Numbered from the stretch's first letter, positions 51,832 to 61,567 are shown. The stretch: DNA of 64,000 nucleotides from an uncultured bacterium (GCA_963766845.1 CAVYBS010000009.1:515735-579734); one strand, 5' to 3'. The notes: a model not told the origin generated them from the letters alone. Translations and numbers: made by a program.

Positions 51832-52839
51832 TTGGTCCGTTACAGCGTGGGCGACGGACTCAACGGCGCGAGCCTGACACAACGTTTCCCATTTGCCGGG
51901 CGAACCGGCGGCGGGCATCGGCGGCGCGCTGGTGCCGAGGGCTTCCGTCGCCAGCAGCACGCCCACGGCCAACGCGCATTCCACAGCCACGTTGCGCCAC
52001 AGAAGCACCATCGTCCGTGCGCCGTCCGCCGGGTCCTGCCGCCGCACCAACCGCCGGTTGATGGCACCCAGGCCGATCATCAGCGCAAACAATGCCACCT
52101 TGCAGAGCACGAGCCGCCCGTAGGGACTCGTCCAGAGTGCCGCGAAAGTGCCGACCATGCCGACGCCGTTGAGCGCGCCGCTGAACGCCAGCACGCCGAC
52201 CGCCACGACGCTCAGGCGCGAAAAGCGCCGGGTGACTACCACTGCCGCCGGGACCAGGAACGCGCGGCGTTGCGCCTGCCCGAGCAGCAGCAGCAGCGGC
52301 AACAGGCCGCCCGGCCACGCGCCCGCCGCGACCGCATGGCAGACCGCCACCGGCAGCAGCCACGCGCTTTTTTCCGAGGCTTGCGCGTGACCGGCCAAGA
52401 CCAGGCTGCCCAACACCGCGACCGCCAGCAGCGACCCGGCCATTTCCAATGCGGCGGGCGCTCGCCGCCGACCGTACCGACGCAGCCGGGCAGCGGCCAG
52501 AGCGAAAACGAGCCAACCGGCGACCAGCCCCATCCGCACGATCCAGACCGCGCCGAAATGCGTACCACCCAGCACCTCGCGCAGAACGCCGTTCGAGAAA
52601 ATCCGCGCGAGCGGTTCCCCGCTCATTTCCGCCGCCGTCAGACCGAGTTGCCACGTCCCCGCTACGAGCAAGAGCACTCCGCTCGCCCACGCCAGCGCGC
52701 GCCAACCGGACACCACCGGGTCTAGGCCCGTGCCAGAGGCGAGCAGCCGCAGTACCGCCGTGCCCACCAGCAGCACGGCGGCGCTCGTCTGGACGAACCG
52801 GCAAAGCCAGAGCGCCCACAGGAACGGCATGTCGTCCAT
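51811..52839 (-). CDS. copD: Copper resistance/uptake inner-membrane protein CopD
   Basis: GHA, H..AAGAWPGGL, RFS, YGRLVLCK; downstream of copC. Confidence 0.9.
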   Translation of the reverse strand: MDDMPFLWALWLCRFVQTSAAVLLVGTAVLRLLASGTGLDPVVSGWRALAWASGVLLLVAGTWQLGLTAAEMSGEPLARIFSNGVLREVLGGTHFGAVWIVRMGLVAGWLVFALAAARLRRYGRRRAPAALEMAGSLLAVAVLGSLVLAGHAQASEKSAWLLPVAVCHAVAAGAWPGGLLPLLLLLGQAQRRAFLVPAAVVVTRRFSRLSVVAVGVLAFSGALNGVGMVGTFAALWTSPYGRLVLCKVALFALMIGLGAINRRLVRRQDPADGARTMVLLWRNVAVECALAVGVLLATEALGTSAPPMPAAGSPGKWETLCQARAVESVAHAVTDQSGAANS

Positions 52840-52847
52840 GCCGCGCT

Positions 52848-53234
52848 TCAGGGTGCCACCACGAAGGTGAAACTGCCTTCCGTGGGATGGGTGTCCACGC
52901 TCACCACCCGCCAGACCACCTTGTATTTACCCGCCCCCAAACCCGGCAACAGGGAGACGATCAGTAAATGGTCGTTCTTCGGGTCCAGGTGAACGTCCTT
53001 TTTGTCCACCTCCTTGCCCGCCGCGTCGAACACTTGGACGCGGCTGAAGGCCAGTTCCAACCCTTGCGTGTACCATAGCCGCACCTCGGCGGGCGCTCCC
53101 TTCACCGTGCTACCCACCACAGGATCAGTATGGTCGAGAAAAGCGTGCGCCCAGGCGTGGCTCGTGGCGGTGAGACTGGATAGGATGACCAGCAGCAGCC
53201 GTTTGCAAAACTGCGAAGATCGGGAGGTCGTCAT
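52848..53234 (-). CDS. copC: Periplasmic copper-binding protein CopC (no Met-rich Cu(I) site)
   Basis: AWA|HAFL mature N-terminal His; WRVVSVDTH.TEG. Confidence 0.93.
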   Translation of the reverse strand: MTTSRSSQFCKRLLLVILSSLTATSHAWAHAFLDHTDPVVGSTVKGAPAEVRLWYTQGLELAFSRVQVFDAAGKEVDKKDVHLDPKNDHLLIVSLLPGLGAGKYKVVWRVVSVDTHPTEGSFTFVVAP

Positions 53235-53236
53235 AT

Positions 53237-54229
53237 TTATTTAACGTGGTTGCTCACGTTGTCGTTGCGGCTCGGGCCGCCGAAAATGGGATGGAAGATG
53301 CCCGGCAGCAGGTCGTCCAGGTAGATGTGAAATTGCGCGAGCACCCCCACCCGGCTGCCGCTGCGCGCGTTGACCGGGATCAGCGCCTCCACCCCGAACT
53401 GGCAGTAGCTGCCGGACCAGATCACGCCGGGGTTGATCGTGGCCGTCGTCAGCCCGCCCTGGCCGCGGTCAAGGGGCGTGGTCACGACCGCCTCCACCAG
53501 CGGGATGAGCCGGTTGAAAGGCGCTTTGAGTCCGATGTTTTTGACCTGGTCTTGCAGGTAAATCAGACTGTATTCCAACGCGAAGTTGGTTTCCAGGTTC
53601 ACGGCGTTGCGGTCCACTTCCTCGTTGCCCGGGGTGCGCGTGCTGGCGCTCGTGGGAATATCCACGCTGACGTTGCCCGTCAACGCGAAAGGCCGCAGGC
53701 AGGACACGCTATCAGGCAGGTCGCCGAAGCCCTTGCCGAAAAACAGACCCGGCGAGAACGTGGAAAATGCGTCGCGCCCCACCTGTCGGCTGCCGGTGCC
53801 GCCCACGTCGATGTCAATGCCAAGGGAGAGGATCGTCTCGTGCGGTGCGTTGACGTAGAACTGAAATTTGCTGCCAAGTTCCAGGTTGCCAAAACCCGTC
53901 CGGCGGTGGCCGGCGTGCGGGAAAAGGTTGGCTTCGTCGAGGCCGATTTCGATGTCCCAATAGGGAGTGATCGTCTTTGCGAGATCGATGGACACGTCGA
54001 ACTCGCGCGTGCCGCCGCGGTCCGGCGTGTGGAAGGTCTGGAGCGTGGGCAAGGACAGCTCATCCGCGACGAAAGGATCGTCGGTCGTGAGCGTGGCCGG
54101 GAAAAACCGCGCCCCGGCAAAGCCGTGGGCGTGGGCAGCGGGCGGCAGCGAGGCGAGACCAACGAGGAACACCAGGAGCGCGCTCGCGGGCCGGATGTTA
54201 GTAACGAAACGGGAAAGAGAAAAGTGCAT
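53237..54229 (-). CDS. Putative outer-membrane beta-barrel protein in the cop operon
   Basis: Signal peptide AHA|HG, RFFPATLTTDDPFVADEL, GFGNLELG.K, alternating amphipathic strands. Confidence 0.65.
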   Translation of the reverse strand: MHFSLSRFVTNIRPASALLVFLVGLASLPPAAHAHGFAGARFFPATLTTDDPFVADELSLPTLQTFHTPDRGGTREFDVSIDLAKTITPYWDIEIGLDEANLFPHAGHRRTGFGNLELGSKFQFYVNAPHETILSLGIDIDVGGTGSRQVGRDAFSTFSPGLFFGKGFGDLPDSVSCLRPFALTGNVSVDIPTSASTRTPGNEEVDRNAVNLETNFALEYSLIYLQDQVKNIGLKAPFNRLIPLVEAVVTTPLDRGQGGLTTATINPGVIWSGSYCQFGVEALIPVNARSGSRVGVLAQFHIYLDDLLPGIFHPIFGGPSRNDNVSNHVK

Positions 54230-54398
54230 GTTAGTAGAGTCACGTAGGGCAAACAGGTTCAGACGGAGGTCCCTCCCCTCGGAAGAGGGAGGAACAGGTC
54301 GAATGCAGCGGTCCCCCGCGTGGCGTCAGGCGCACGCGACGGGAGCCGGTAGGCACGTTCCCGGGTCAGCGGCAGCGCCGGGAGAATGGGTCACCAAA

Positions 54399-54418
54399 CC
54401 GTCCCATGCCAGGGACGG
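54399..54418. promoter_or_regulatory. GC-rich hairpin in the leader of the cop operon
   Basis: CCGTCCC-ATGCCA-GGGACGG just downstream of the corrected leader-ORF stop. Confidence 0.4.
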
Positions 54419-54430
54419 CGGAATGGGTTT

Positions 54431-54839
54431 TCAGGCCGCGCTCATCCCGCGTCGAGGCGGCGGGGTCGGCGGTTGCTCGGCGCGGGCTGGGGCCGGATGG
54501 CACGGCAGCGCGTGTCCAGGCCAAGAGCGTGGCCGGAGGTCCGGGCGGCAGAAAGGTTGCCGGTGCCACCATTGCCCTGACCTTGGCGTTCTCTTTCACG
54601 CCCGGGGCCGCCGGTCGTTCCTGACGCTCCTTGGCTTTGGCGAAAGCGATTTCCCTGCAAAGCTCGCACGGGTGTTCGCCGTCAAAAGTCTGTTCGACGG
54701 CCGCCGTGAAACTGCCGCTGCGTTGCGTGTAATCATGCAACATCCCGGCCCAGGCGACCGTTTGCAAAACGGCCCACTGACCACCCGCAATCGAGAAGAG
54801 AGCGAGCGCCGCGAAAACGAGGCCGAGCTTGCGGAGCAC
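54431..54839 (-). CDS. DUF2946/CruR/CutF-like small exported protein with CxxC and Pro-rich C-terminus (one-base frameshift near 54490)
   Basis: N-terminal hydrophobic segment, HPCELC; deleting one C of a C4 run gives ARAEQPPTPPPRRGMSAA-stop. Confidence 0.65.
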
Positions 54840-54923
54840 GCTGGCGATGATACGTCTCTCGCCGCGACTCGCAAGACGGAATTTCCTTGAGCGCGCGTGC
54901 GAAAATCCGCCGCAGGCACTCCA

Positions 54924-55040
54924 AACAAGGTAGGGATGGCTCTCCGAGCCGTCCCAAATGTTTCCGGCGAGGCGCTTCGTGCGCACGGGAATCATCCAAG
55001 CCAATCTTGGGACGGCTCGGAGAGCCATCCCTACCTTGTT
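54924..55040. repeat. Family B REP doublet, copy C
   Basis: AACAAGGTAGGGATGGCTCTCCGAGCCGTCCC ... GGGACGGCTCGGAGAGCCATCCCTACCTTGTT. Confidence 0.9.
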
Positions 55041-55095
55041 GACGACCGGCCGCAACGGCCTGTTCAGAACCTGCTCACACGCTCTCTGCGAGCGG

Positions 55096-55593
55096 TCAGG
55101 AACCCGCACTGCAATCGCCGCACCGTCCGAAAAACTCCAACGAGTGCGTCAGCTCCGTAAATCCGTGCTTGCGGGCGATCTGGCGCTCCATTTTCTCCAC
55201 CGGGCAAAGCCCCTCCAAAGGGGTGACCGTGCCGCAATCCGTGCAAACCAGATGGTCCCGGTGGTGGCGACTGTCGGTCAGTTCAAAATGGCTCGACGCA
55301 CGTCCGAGATGCACCTTGCGGGCGAGTTTGAGTTCCTCCATCAGCGCCATCATGCGGAAAACCGTGGCAAAATCGGGGGCGTCGCCGCCTTCGACGTAGC
55401 GCGGGGCTTCCGCCTGAATTTGTTCCAGGCTAAGCGGTTCGCGCGCGCTCAAGAGGACTTGCAGAATGGCCCGGCGGTTGCCGGTCATGCGCAGACCCTT
55501 GCGCCGCAACAAATCCACGAGACCCTCCAGCGAGAACGGTTCCGAGGCGGCACCGGTGGCGGCATGTTGATGGGTAGGCTGAGAATCTGGCAT
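55096..55593 (-). CDS. Fur family metalloregulator (Zur/Mur-like)
   Basis: GLRMTGNRRAIL, ATVFR, HHRDHLVCTDCG, CGDC; divergent from metal ABC substrate-binding gene. Confidence 0.9.
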   Translation of the reverse strand: MPDSQPTHQHAATGAASEPFSLEGLVDLLRRKGLRMTGNRRAILQVLLSAREPLSLEQIQAEAPRYVEGGDAPDFATVFRMMALMEELKLARKVHLGRASSHFELTDSRHHRDHLVCTDCGTVTPLEGLCPVEKMERQIARKHGFTELTHSLEFFGRCGDCSAGS

Positions 55594-55646
55594 AGGGGCG
55601 ACGGGAAACACATTCCCGGTGACAATATACCACAAAGGCCCAAATC

Positions 55647-55698
55647 ATTGCGAGGCGTTTGCATCGGCAACCCAACGCTAAAGCAAATCACTTGCAAT
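55647..55698. promoter_or_regulatory. Two degenerate ATTGCA-N7-TGCAAT boxes
   Basis: ATTGCG-aggcgtt-TGCATC (55647-55665) and AAAGCA-aatcact-TGCAAT (55680-55698). Confidence 0.55.
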
Positions 55699-55727
55699 TG
55701 AGTCCTGTGCATCTAAGCTGCCGGATC

Positions 55728-56615
55728 ATGAATCGATTTGCACACGCGTTCCTCGCGCTGCTCCTGGCAGGTTTCGGCAGTGTCGGCCCGGTGTCGGCGG
55801 CTCCCTTGAAGGTGGCGTCGCTTTCCACGGTCCTGAGCGACGTGGCCGCCAACGTCGGCGGCGACAAGGTGCAGGTCGAAAACATCGTCAAAGGCGGCGT
55901 CGATCCGCACGAGTTTCAGCCGAGTCCCGGCGACGTGGAGTTGGTGGCCGGGGCGGACATCGTGCTCGTCAGCGGCAAGGGCATGGAGGGTTATCTGGCC
56001 AAGTTGGAAGAGGGCACGGACAAAAAGAAATTCGTCAACGTCGGCGACAAAGTGGGCAATTCGCTCAAGCTCAAGGACGAGGACAAGGTCATCGAAGACC
56101 CGCATTGGTGGCACTCGGTCGCCAACGTGAAAAAGGCGACCGACGTGGTGCGCGACGCACTGATCGCCGCGGACCCCGCCGACAAGGAGGCGTTCATGGC
56201 CAACGCCGCCGCTTACCAGGCCAAACTGGACGAGTTGGACAAGGCCATCAAGGTCAAGGTCGCCGAGTTAGGACGCGACAAGCGCAAGCTCGTCACGAGC
56301 CACGACGCCTTCCAATATTTCGCGCGCGACTACGGCTTCAAAATCTATCCCATCGAAGGCGTGAGCACGGCGGAGGAACCCAGCACGCGCAAGGTGGCCG
56401 AACTGCTGGGCACGATCAAAAAGGAGAAGGTCAAATCCGTGTTTTTCGAGAACACGCAGAACCCGAAGGTCATCACGCAGATCACCAAGGAAACCGGCGC
56501 GACGGTGGGCGGTGAACTCTACGCGGATGGTCTCGGCGTTGCCGACGGCGACGCGGCCACGTACATCGACATGATGCACCACAACGTCAGCACCATCGTG
56601 GACGCGCTGAAGTAG
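55728..56615 (+). CDS. Zn/Mn ABC transporter substrate-binding protein (TroA/ZnuA family)
   Basis: DPHEF, DPHWW, SHDAFQYF, LYADGL ligands; signal peptide. Confidence 0.92.
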   Translation: MNRFAHAFLALLLAGFGSVGPVSAAPLKVASLSTVLSDVAANVGGDKVQVENIVKGGVDPHEFQPSPGDVELVAGADIVLVSGKGMEGYLAKLEEGTDKKKFVNVGDKVGNSLKLKDEDKVIEDPHWWHSVANVKKATDVVRDALIAADPADKEAFMANAAAYQAKLDELDKAIKVKVAELGRDKRKLVTSHDAFQYFARDYGFKIYPIEGVSTAEEPSTRKVAELLGTIKKEKVKSVFFENTQNPKVITQITKETGATVGGELYADGLGVADGDAATYIDMMHHNVSTIVDALK

Positions 56616-56657
56616 GAGAATTGAACGGGTGTGGCTGGTTCCGCCGCAGGCGCTCCA

Positions 56658-56774
56658 AACAAGGTAGGGATGGCTCTCCGAGCCGTCCCAAGTGTTTCCG
56701 GCAAGACGCTCCGTGAGCACGGAAATCATCCAAGCCAATCTTGGGACGGCTCGGAGAGCCATCCCTACCTTGTT
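56658..56774. repeat. Family B REP doublet, copy D
   Basis: Near-identical to copy C including flanks. Confidence 0.9.
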
Positions 56775-56817
56775 GACGACCGGCTGCCTGCTCGTAAAAC
56801 TTCGCGCACGCTTTCTT

Positions 56818-56836
56818 ATTGCATCCCGGTTGCAAT
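56818..56836. promoter_or_regulatory. Perfect ATTGCA-N7-TGCAAT box
   Basis: ATTGCA-tcccggt-TGCAAT, 28 nt before ATG 56865. Confidence 0.65.
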
Positions 56837-56864
56837 GTAACGGCGGCTGGCTGACTCTTCGCGC

Positions 56865-57363
56865 ATGCGCGGTTTTCCATTCCTGCAATCGATCCTGGTC
56901 ATCTTCGCCGTCGCGCTGGCGGGGGTGCCGGTGTATCGACTGACCCGCCCCGCGATCGCGGACGCCGCCTCGGTGGCGGTGAACATGCCATCGGTTGAAA
57001 CCACCCCCGGTGCGACGATGCAAGCGGTGCCGCTCGACATGGAAGTAGTGTTTGCGCCCGCGCCTACGGATTTTCAGATCAAGAACCTCGACCAGACGGT
57101 GCTGGCCGGGCGCGGCCCCAACGCTCGATTCACGACGCGGTGGGCGGGGAATGTACCGCCGGACGGGGTGGACCTCGTGGTGCGGGCGCCATTGGCCGGT
57201 GCTGGCAGGCTCGAACGTCGGGCCCGGGCCGGCGGCGGCGAAGGTCACGGTCCGTTTCCCCGATGGCCGCAGCGTGGAGAAATCCTTCTGGGCCGACGCG
57301 AACGGCGCGCTCACCGACGTGTTCACGCTGCCGGGCACCGTACCGCCTTCGGACACGCCTTGA
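56865..57363 (+). CDS. Membrane-anchored hypothetical protein (frameshift near 57190)
   Basis: N-terminal TM, beta-rich domain continuing in the frame of ORF 57052-57363. Confidence 0.6.
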
Positions 57364-57374
57364 CGCTCCCCGCC

Positions 57375-58137
57375 ATGTCCAACCATCGCCTGCTCATCAA
57401 CGACCTGACGGTTTCCTACCGGGGCGTGCCCGCGTTGCACCACATCAACCTGGAGTCTCCAGTGCGGCCGGTGCGTCGGGCCTGCTCGGACCCAACGGCG
57501 CGGGCAAATCCACGCTGCTCAAGAGCATCGTCGGCCTCACACCCGTCGAGACCGGCCGCGTCCAGTTCGACGCGCACGACCACGGTCACACCCGCGCGGA
57601 AAGCTCCATCGCCTACCTGCCGCAACGCAGCTGGTGGACTGGGATTTTCCCCTGACGGTGCGCGGGTTGGCCGAGATGGGCCGTTACCCGGCGCTGGGTC
57701 CCTGGAAAAGCTTCGGCCCGGCGGACCATCAGGCGGTGGGACTGGCCCTGGCCGCGACGCGCCTGGAAGACCTCGCCGACCGGCAGATCAGCGCGCTCTC
57801 GGGCGGGCAGCAACAACGCGCCTTCCTGGCGCGGGCGGTGGCGCAGGGCGCGCACGTTTACCTGCTCGACGAACCTTTTACAGGGTTGGACCGCAACGCG
57901 CAGGCGCTCCTGAGCGACCTGCTACGCGCACTGGCCCAGCGGGAGGGAAAACTCGTCGTCGTCAGCCACCACGACCTGCGGACGGTGGACCTGCTCTTTG
58001 ACGACGTGATTTTCCTCAACGGTGAGCTGGTGGCCTTCGGTCCGGTGAAGGAGACGTTCACGCCCGAGAACATCGCGCGCACCTACGGCACCGAGATTTT
58101 CACCGGAGCCGCCGCTCCCGTTCCCGTCACGCCATGA
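57375..58137 (+). CDS. Zn/Mn ABC transporter ATP-binding protein (frameshifted)
   Basis: GPNGAGKSTL, YLPQR, DWDFPLTV, LSGGQQQR, LLDEPF. Confidence 0.9.
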
Positions 58138-59123
58138 ACCATCTCGCCGCGTTCCGCTGGCTCACCGAGCCGTTCCACTATGAGTTCATGCAGCGCGCGC
58201 TGGTGGGCTGCGTGCTGGTGGGTTTTACGAACGGCTTCCTGAGCGCGTTCATCGTGCTGCGGCGGTTGGCGTTGCTGGCCGACGCGCTCTCGCATTCCCT
58301 GCTGCCGGGGCTGGCCGTGGGCGCGATTTTCTTCGGGCTGGCCCCGTTGGGATTATTCAGCGGCGCGGTGGTGGCCGCATTGCTGGTCGGCATCGGCGGG
58401 CAATTGGTCGCGCGGAGTTCGCGCCTCAAGGACGAGACGGCGATCGGCGCGCTCTACACAGTGTCGTTTGCCGTGGGCATCATCTTGCTCAAGTACAGCA
58501 GCGTGCCGGTGGACCTGACGCACTTTCTTTTCGGTAACATCCTGGGCGTTTCCAACAGCGATCTGTGGATCATCTACGCGGTCGGTGCTCTCTCGGCGGT
58601 CAGTCTGGTCAGCTTGCAACGGCCGCTGCTGCTGGCGCTCTTCGAGCCGTCCGTCGCGGCGAGCCTCGGCGTGCCGGTGGCGCGGCTGAACTACCTGCTT
58701 ATCACGCTGATCGTCCTGGCCATGATCGCCAGCTTGCAGGCCGTGGGCGTGGTGCTCTCGGTGGGTCTGCTCGTGCTGCCGGCGGCGACGGTCTACCTGC
58801 TCAGCGACAGTTACCGGGCCTTGAGTTGGTACGGCGGCCTGTTGGGAGCGAGCGGCGCTTGCCTGGGCCTGCTGCTGTCCTACTGGACGGATATCCCGAG
58901 CGGGCCGGCCATCGTGCTGGTGCTGGGGCTGGCGTTCGTCGCCGCGCTGATCTTCGGCCCGCGCTACGGGGTGCTCGCGCGTTACCTGCGCCCGCGGCCA
59001 TCTGCACGGCGAATCCCTCGCCCGCTGGCAGCAGTCTCCCCAAGTCGAACCAACGAATCCGAAATGCCCCTCTCCGGTAGACGCAGAACGTTTGCAAGAA
59101 ACGGAACAGGCAAATTAGGATGA
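58134..59123 (+). CDS. Zn/Mn ABC transporter permease (C-terminal tail probably frameshifted)
   Basis: DALSHSLLPG, LFGNILG, AVGVVL, PAA, PSGPAIV. Confidence 0.92.
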   Translation: MNHLAAFRWLTEPFHYEFMQRALVGCVLVGFTNGFLSAFIVLRRLALLADALSHSLLPGLAVGAIFFGLAPLGLFSGAVVAALLVGIGGQLVARSSRLKDETAIGALYTVSFAVGIILLKYSSVPVDLTHFLFGNILGVSNSDLWIIYAVGALSAVSLVSLQRPLLLALFEPSVAASLGVPVARLNYLLITLIVLAMIASLQAVGVVLSVGLLVLPAATVYLLSDSYRALSWYGGLLGASGACLGLLLSYWTDIPSGPAIVLVLGLAFVAALIFGPRYGVLARYLRPRPSARRIPRPLAAVSPSRTNESEMPLSGRRRTFARNGTGKLG

Positions 59124-59201
59124 TTCCGATCAATTTTGCCTTCTATCCTGGCGGCCAACCCGCGCCAATTAAACGAAACAACCCGCAATAAACGAAAATA
59201 T

Positions 59202-59224
59202 TTATTGCATGTAGATTGCAATAA
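59202..59224. promoter_or_regulatory. Extended perfect box TTATTGCA-N7-TGCAATAA
   Basis: In AT-rich promoter region 18 nt before ATG 59243. Confidence 0.7.
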
Positions 59225-59242
59225 GGATTAAGGGTCGGGTCT

Positions 59243-61567
59243 ATGAAACGACCTGTGGCCGTCCTGATCGTCGCGTTGAGCCTAGCTAGCTCACTCTCCG
59301 TACTAGCTCCCTTACGACTCCCTGCCCAAGGCCGCGATGTCGGCACGGGCACCAACCCGGCTGCCACGCACAACCAAACGACCCCCGAAGGACAAAACGC
59401 TCTCGACGCCAACCCCGACCACACCAATCTCCTCGATGTCGGCGACCAGACGGATCGGGTGACCGTCATCGACTCGCTCGACGAAAAGCGCAACGAGATA
59501 GTGCCCAACCTCGGCGCGACCAGCTACGGCGTCAGCCAGAACCAACTCGCCAACCAATCGCAGGGCCAGGACGCCTCGTTCAACTAGACCCTCCTGCGGG
59601 TGCCCGGCTTCGCGCAGGATTCCTACGGCCAGCTTCATGTGCGCGGCGAGCACGCCAATTTGCAGTTCCGCATCAACGACGTGCTGCTGCCCGAGGGCAT
59701 CGCCGGATTTGGTCAGGAACTCGACACCCGTTTTGTCGATAGCTTGCAGGTCATCACCGGTTCGCTCCCCGCGCAGTACGGCATCCGCACGGCGGGCATC
59801 ATCGACATCCACACCAAGAGCGGCGCGTTCAACAACGGCGACGAGATCGACTTCTACGGCGGCAGCGACAACACGTACCGACCCTCGGCTGAGTTGGCGG
59901 GCACGACCGGCAACTTCAGCTATTTTTTCACCGGCGACTTCCTGGAAAACAGCATCGGCATCGAAAGCCCGGACGGCAAGGACTACCCCATCCATGACCA
60001 CACCGAGCAGTACCACGGCTTCGGGTACATGCAGTACGTCATCGACCAGACGAGCCGGATCAGCTTGATCCTGAGCGCCTACGAGGCGAATTTCCAGATT
60101 CCCAATAATCCCGGCCAGGACCCCGCGTTCGGCGTGGCGGGCGTGCCCAACGTGCCCGGCATTGTCACCGCCGACCAGCCTTTCGGACTCGGCCAGTTTT
60201 CTTCCGCGCACCTCGACGAGAACCAGAACGAGCAAAACTATGATGCGGTGCTGGCCTACCAGAAGTCGGCGGGCAAACTCGACTTCCAGCAGTCGATCTT
60301 CATTCGGGACAGCTCCATTCTTTTCCGCCCCGACGACGTGGGCGACCTGATTTTCAACGGTGTCGCGAGCCGCGAAGACCGCTACACGCTCACCGGCGGC
60401 GCGGAACTCGACGCGAGCTACCGCCTCGACGATAACCACACGCTGCGCGGCGGCTACGTGCTGCTCGTGCAACACGCCAGCAGCCAGTCGGCGACGACGG
60501 TGTTCGCCACCGATGCCAACGGTCTCCAGGCCAGCAACGTGCCCGAGCGCCTGTTGCTCGACCAATACAAGACGGGCGAGATTTACGGCGTCTATCTCCA
60601 GGATGAGTGGAGGGTGTTCGCGCCGCTTACCATCAACTACGGCGTGCGTTACGACCGCGTGGCCGAGTACGTCCATGAAAGCCAGGCCAGCCCGCGCGTC
60701 AACCTGGTTCACCAACTCTCCACCGAAACGATCTTCCACGCCGGGTACTCGCGTTACTTCACCCCGCCGCCGCTGGAGGTCGTGCAGGCCACCGGCATCA
60801 ACCAGGCGCAAAACACGACCAACGCCGCGAAGATCACCCGCAATGCGCCCGACAAGAGTGAACGCGCCAACTACTTCGACGCCGGCGCGACGCAGACGCT
60901 TTTCGGCTCGCTCCAACTCGGATTGGACGGTTATTACAAACACGCGGTACAGCAGATTGACGAAGGCCAGTTCGGCGCGGCGATCATCGAAAGCCCGTTC
61001 AATTACCGCTACGGTGACGTGTATGGCATCGAAGGCACGGCAACCTACGTCAAAGGCGGGTTGGAACTGTACGCCAACGCGGCCTACTCGGTGGCCAAGG
61101 GCAAGAAGATCGATTCCTCACAGTTTCTTTTCGGGGCGGACGAACTCGCCTACATCAACGGCCACAAGGTGTTTCTCGATCACGACCAGACCGTGACGAT
61201 TTCGGCGGGGGCTTCCTATCTCTACAAGCCGTCGGGCACCCGCGCCTACGCGGACATGCTCTACGGCAGCGGCCTGCGCGACGGGTTCGCCAACCGGGGC
61301 CGGTTGCCGATGTACTACACGTTCAACCTCGGGTTGGAGCAGAACTTCCACGTGCCGTGTTTCGGCGCGGCCAAGGCGCGTTTTGACCTCGTGAATCTGA
61401 CGGACCGCGTCTATGAGTTGCGCGACGGTTCGGGCATCGGCGTGGGCGCGCCCCAGTTCGGGCAACGCCGGGGCATTTACGGTGGCATCACCATCAACTT
61501 CGGTCCGCAACCGGCCACGAAGGAGATCCAGCCCGCCCCGAAGGACGGCAAAGACAACCGGCGCTAA
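59243..61567 (+). pseudogene. TonB-dependent receptor interrupted by one in-frame TAG at 59585-59587
   Basis: Signal peptide and plug (DASFN*TLLRVPG, LHVRGEH) in frame with barrel motifs YLQDEW, GVRYD, SPR, NLTD; nonsense mutation or sequencing error. Confidence 0.75.

Noticed and set aside
59243-61567. Genome-wide TAG reassignment or pyrrolysine
   Set aside because: TAG is used as a normal stop in several genes here (e.g. 2327, 13521, 34589, 56615) and no pyl genes are visible
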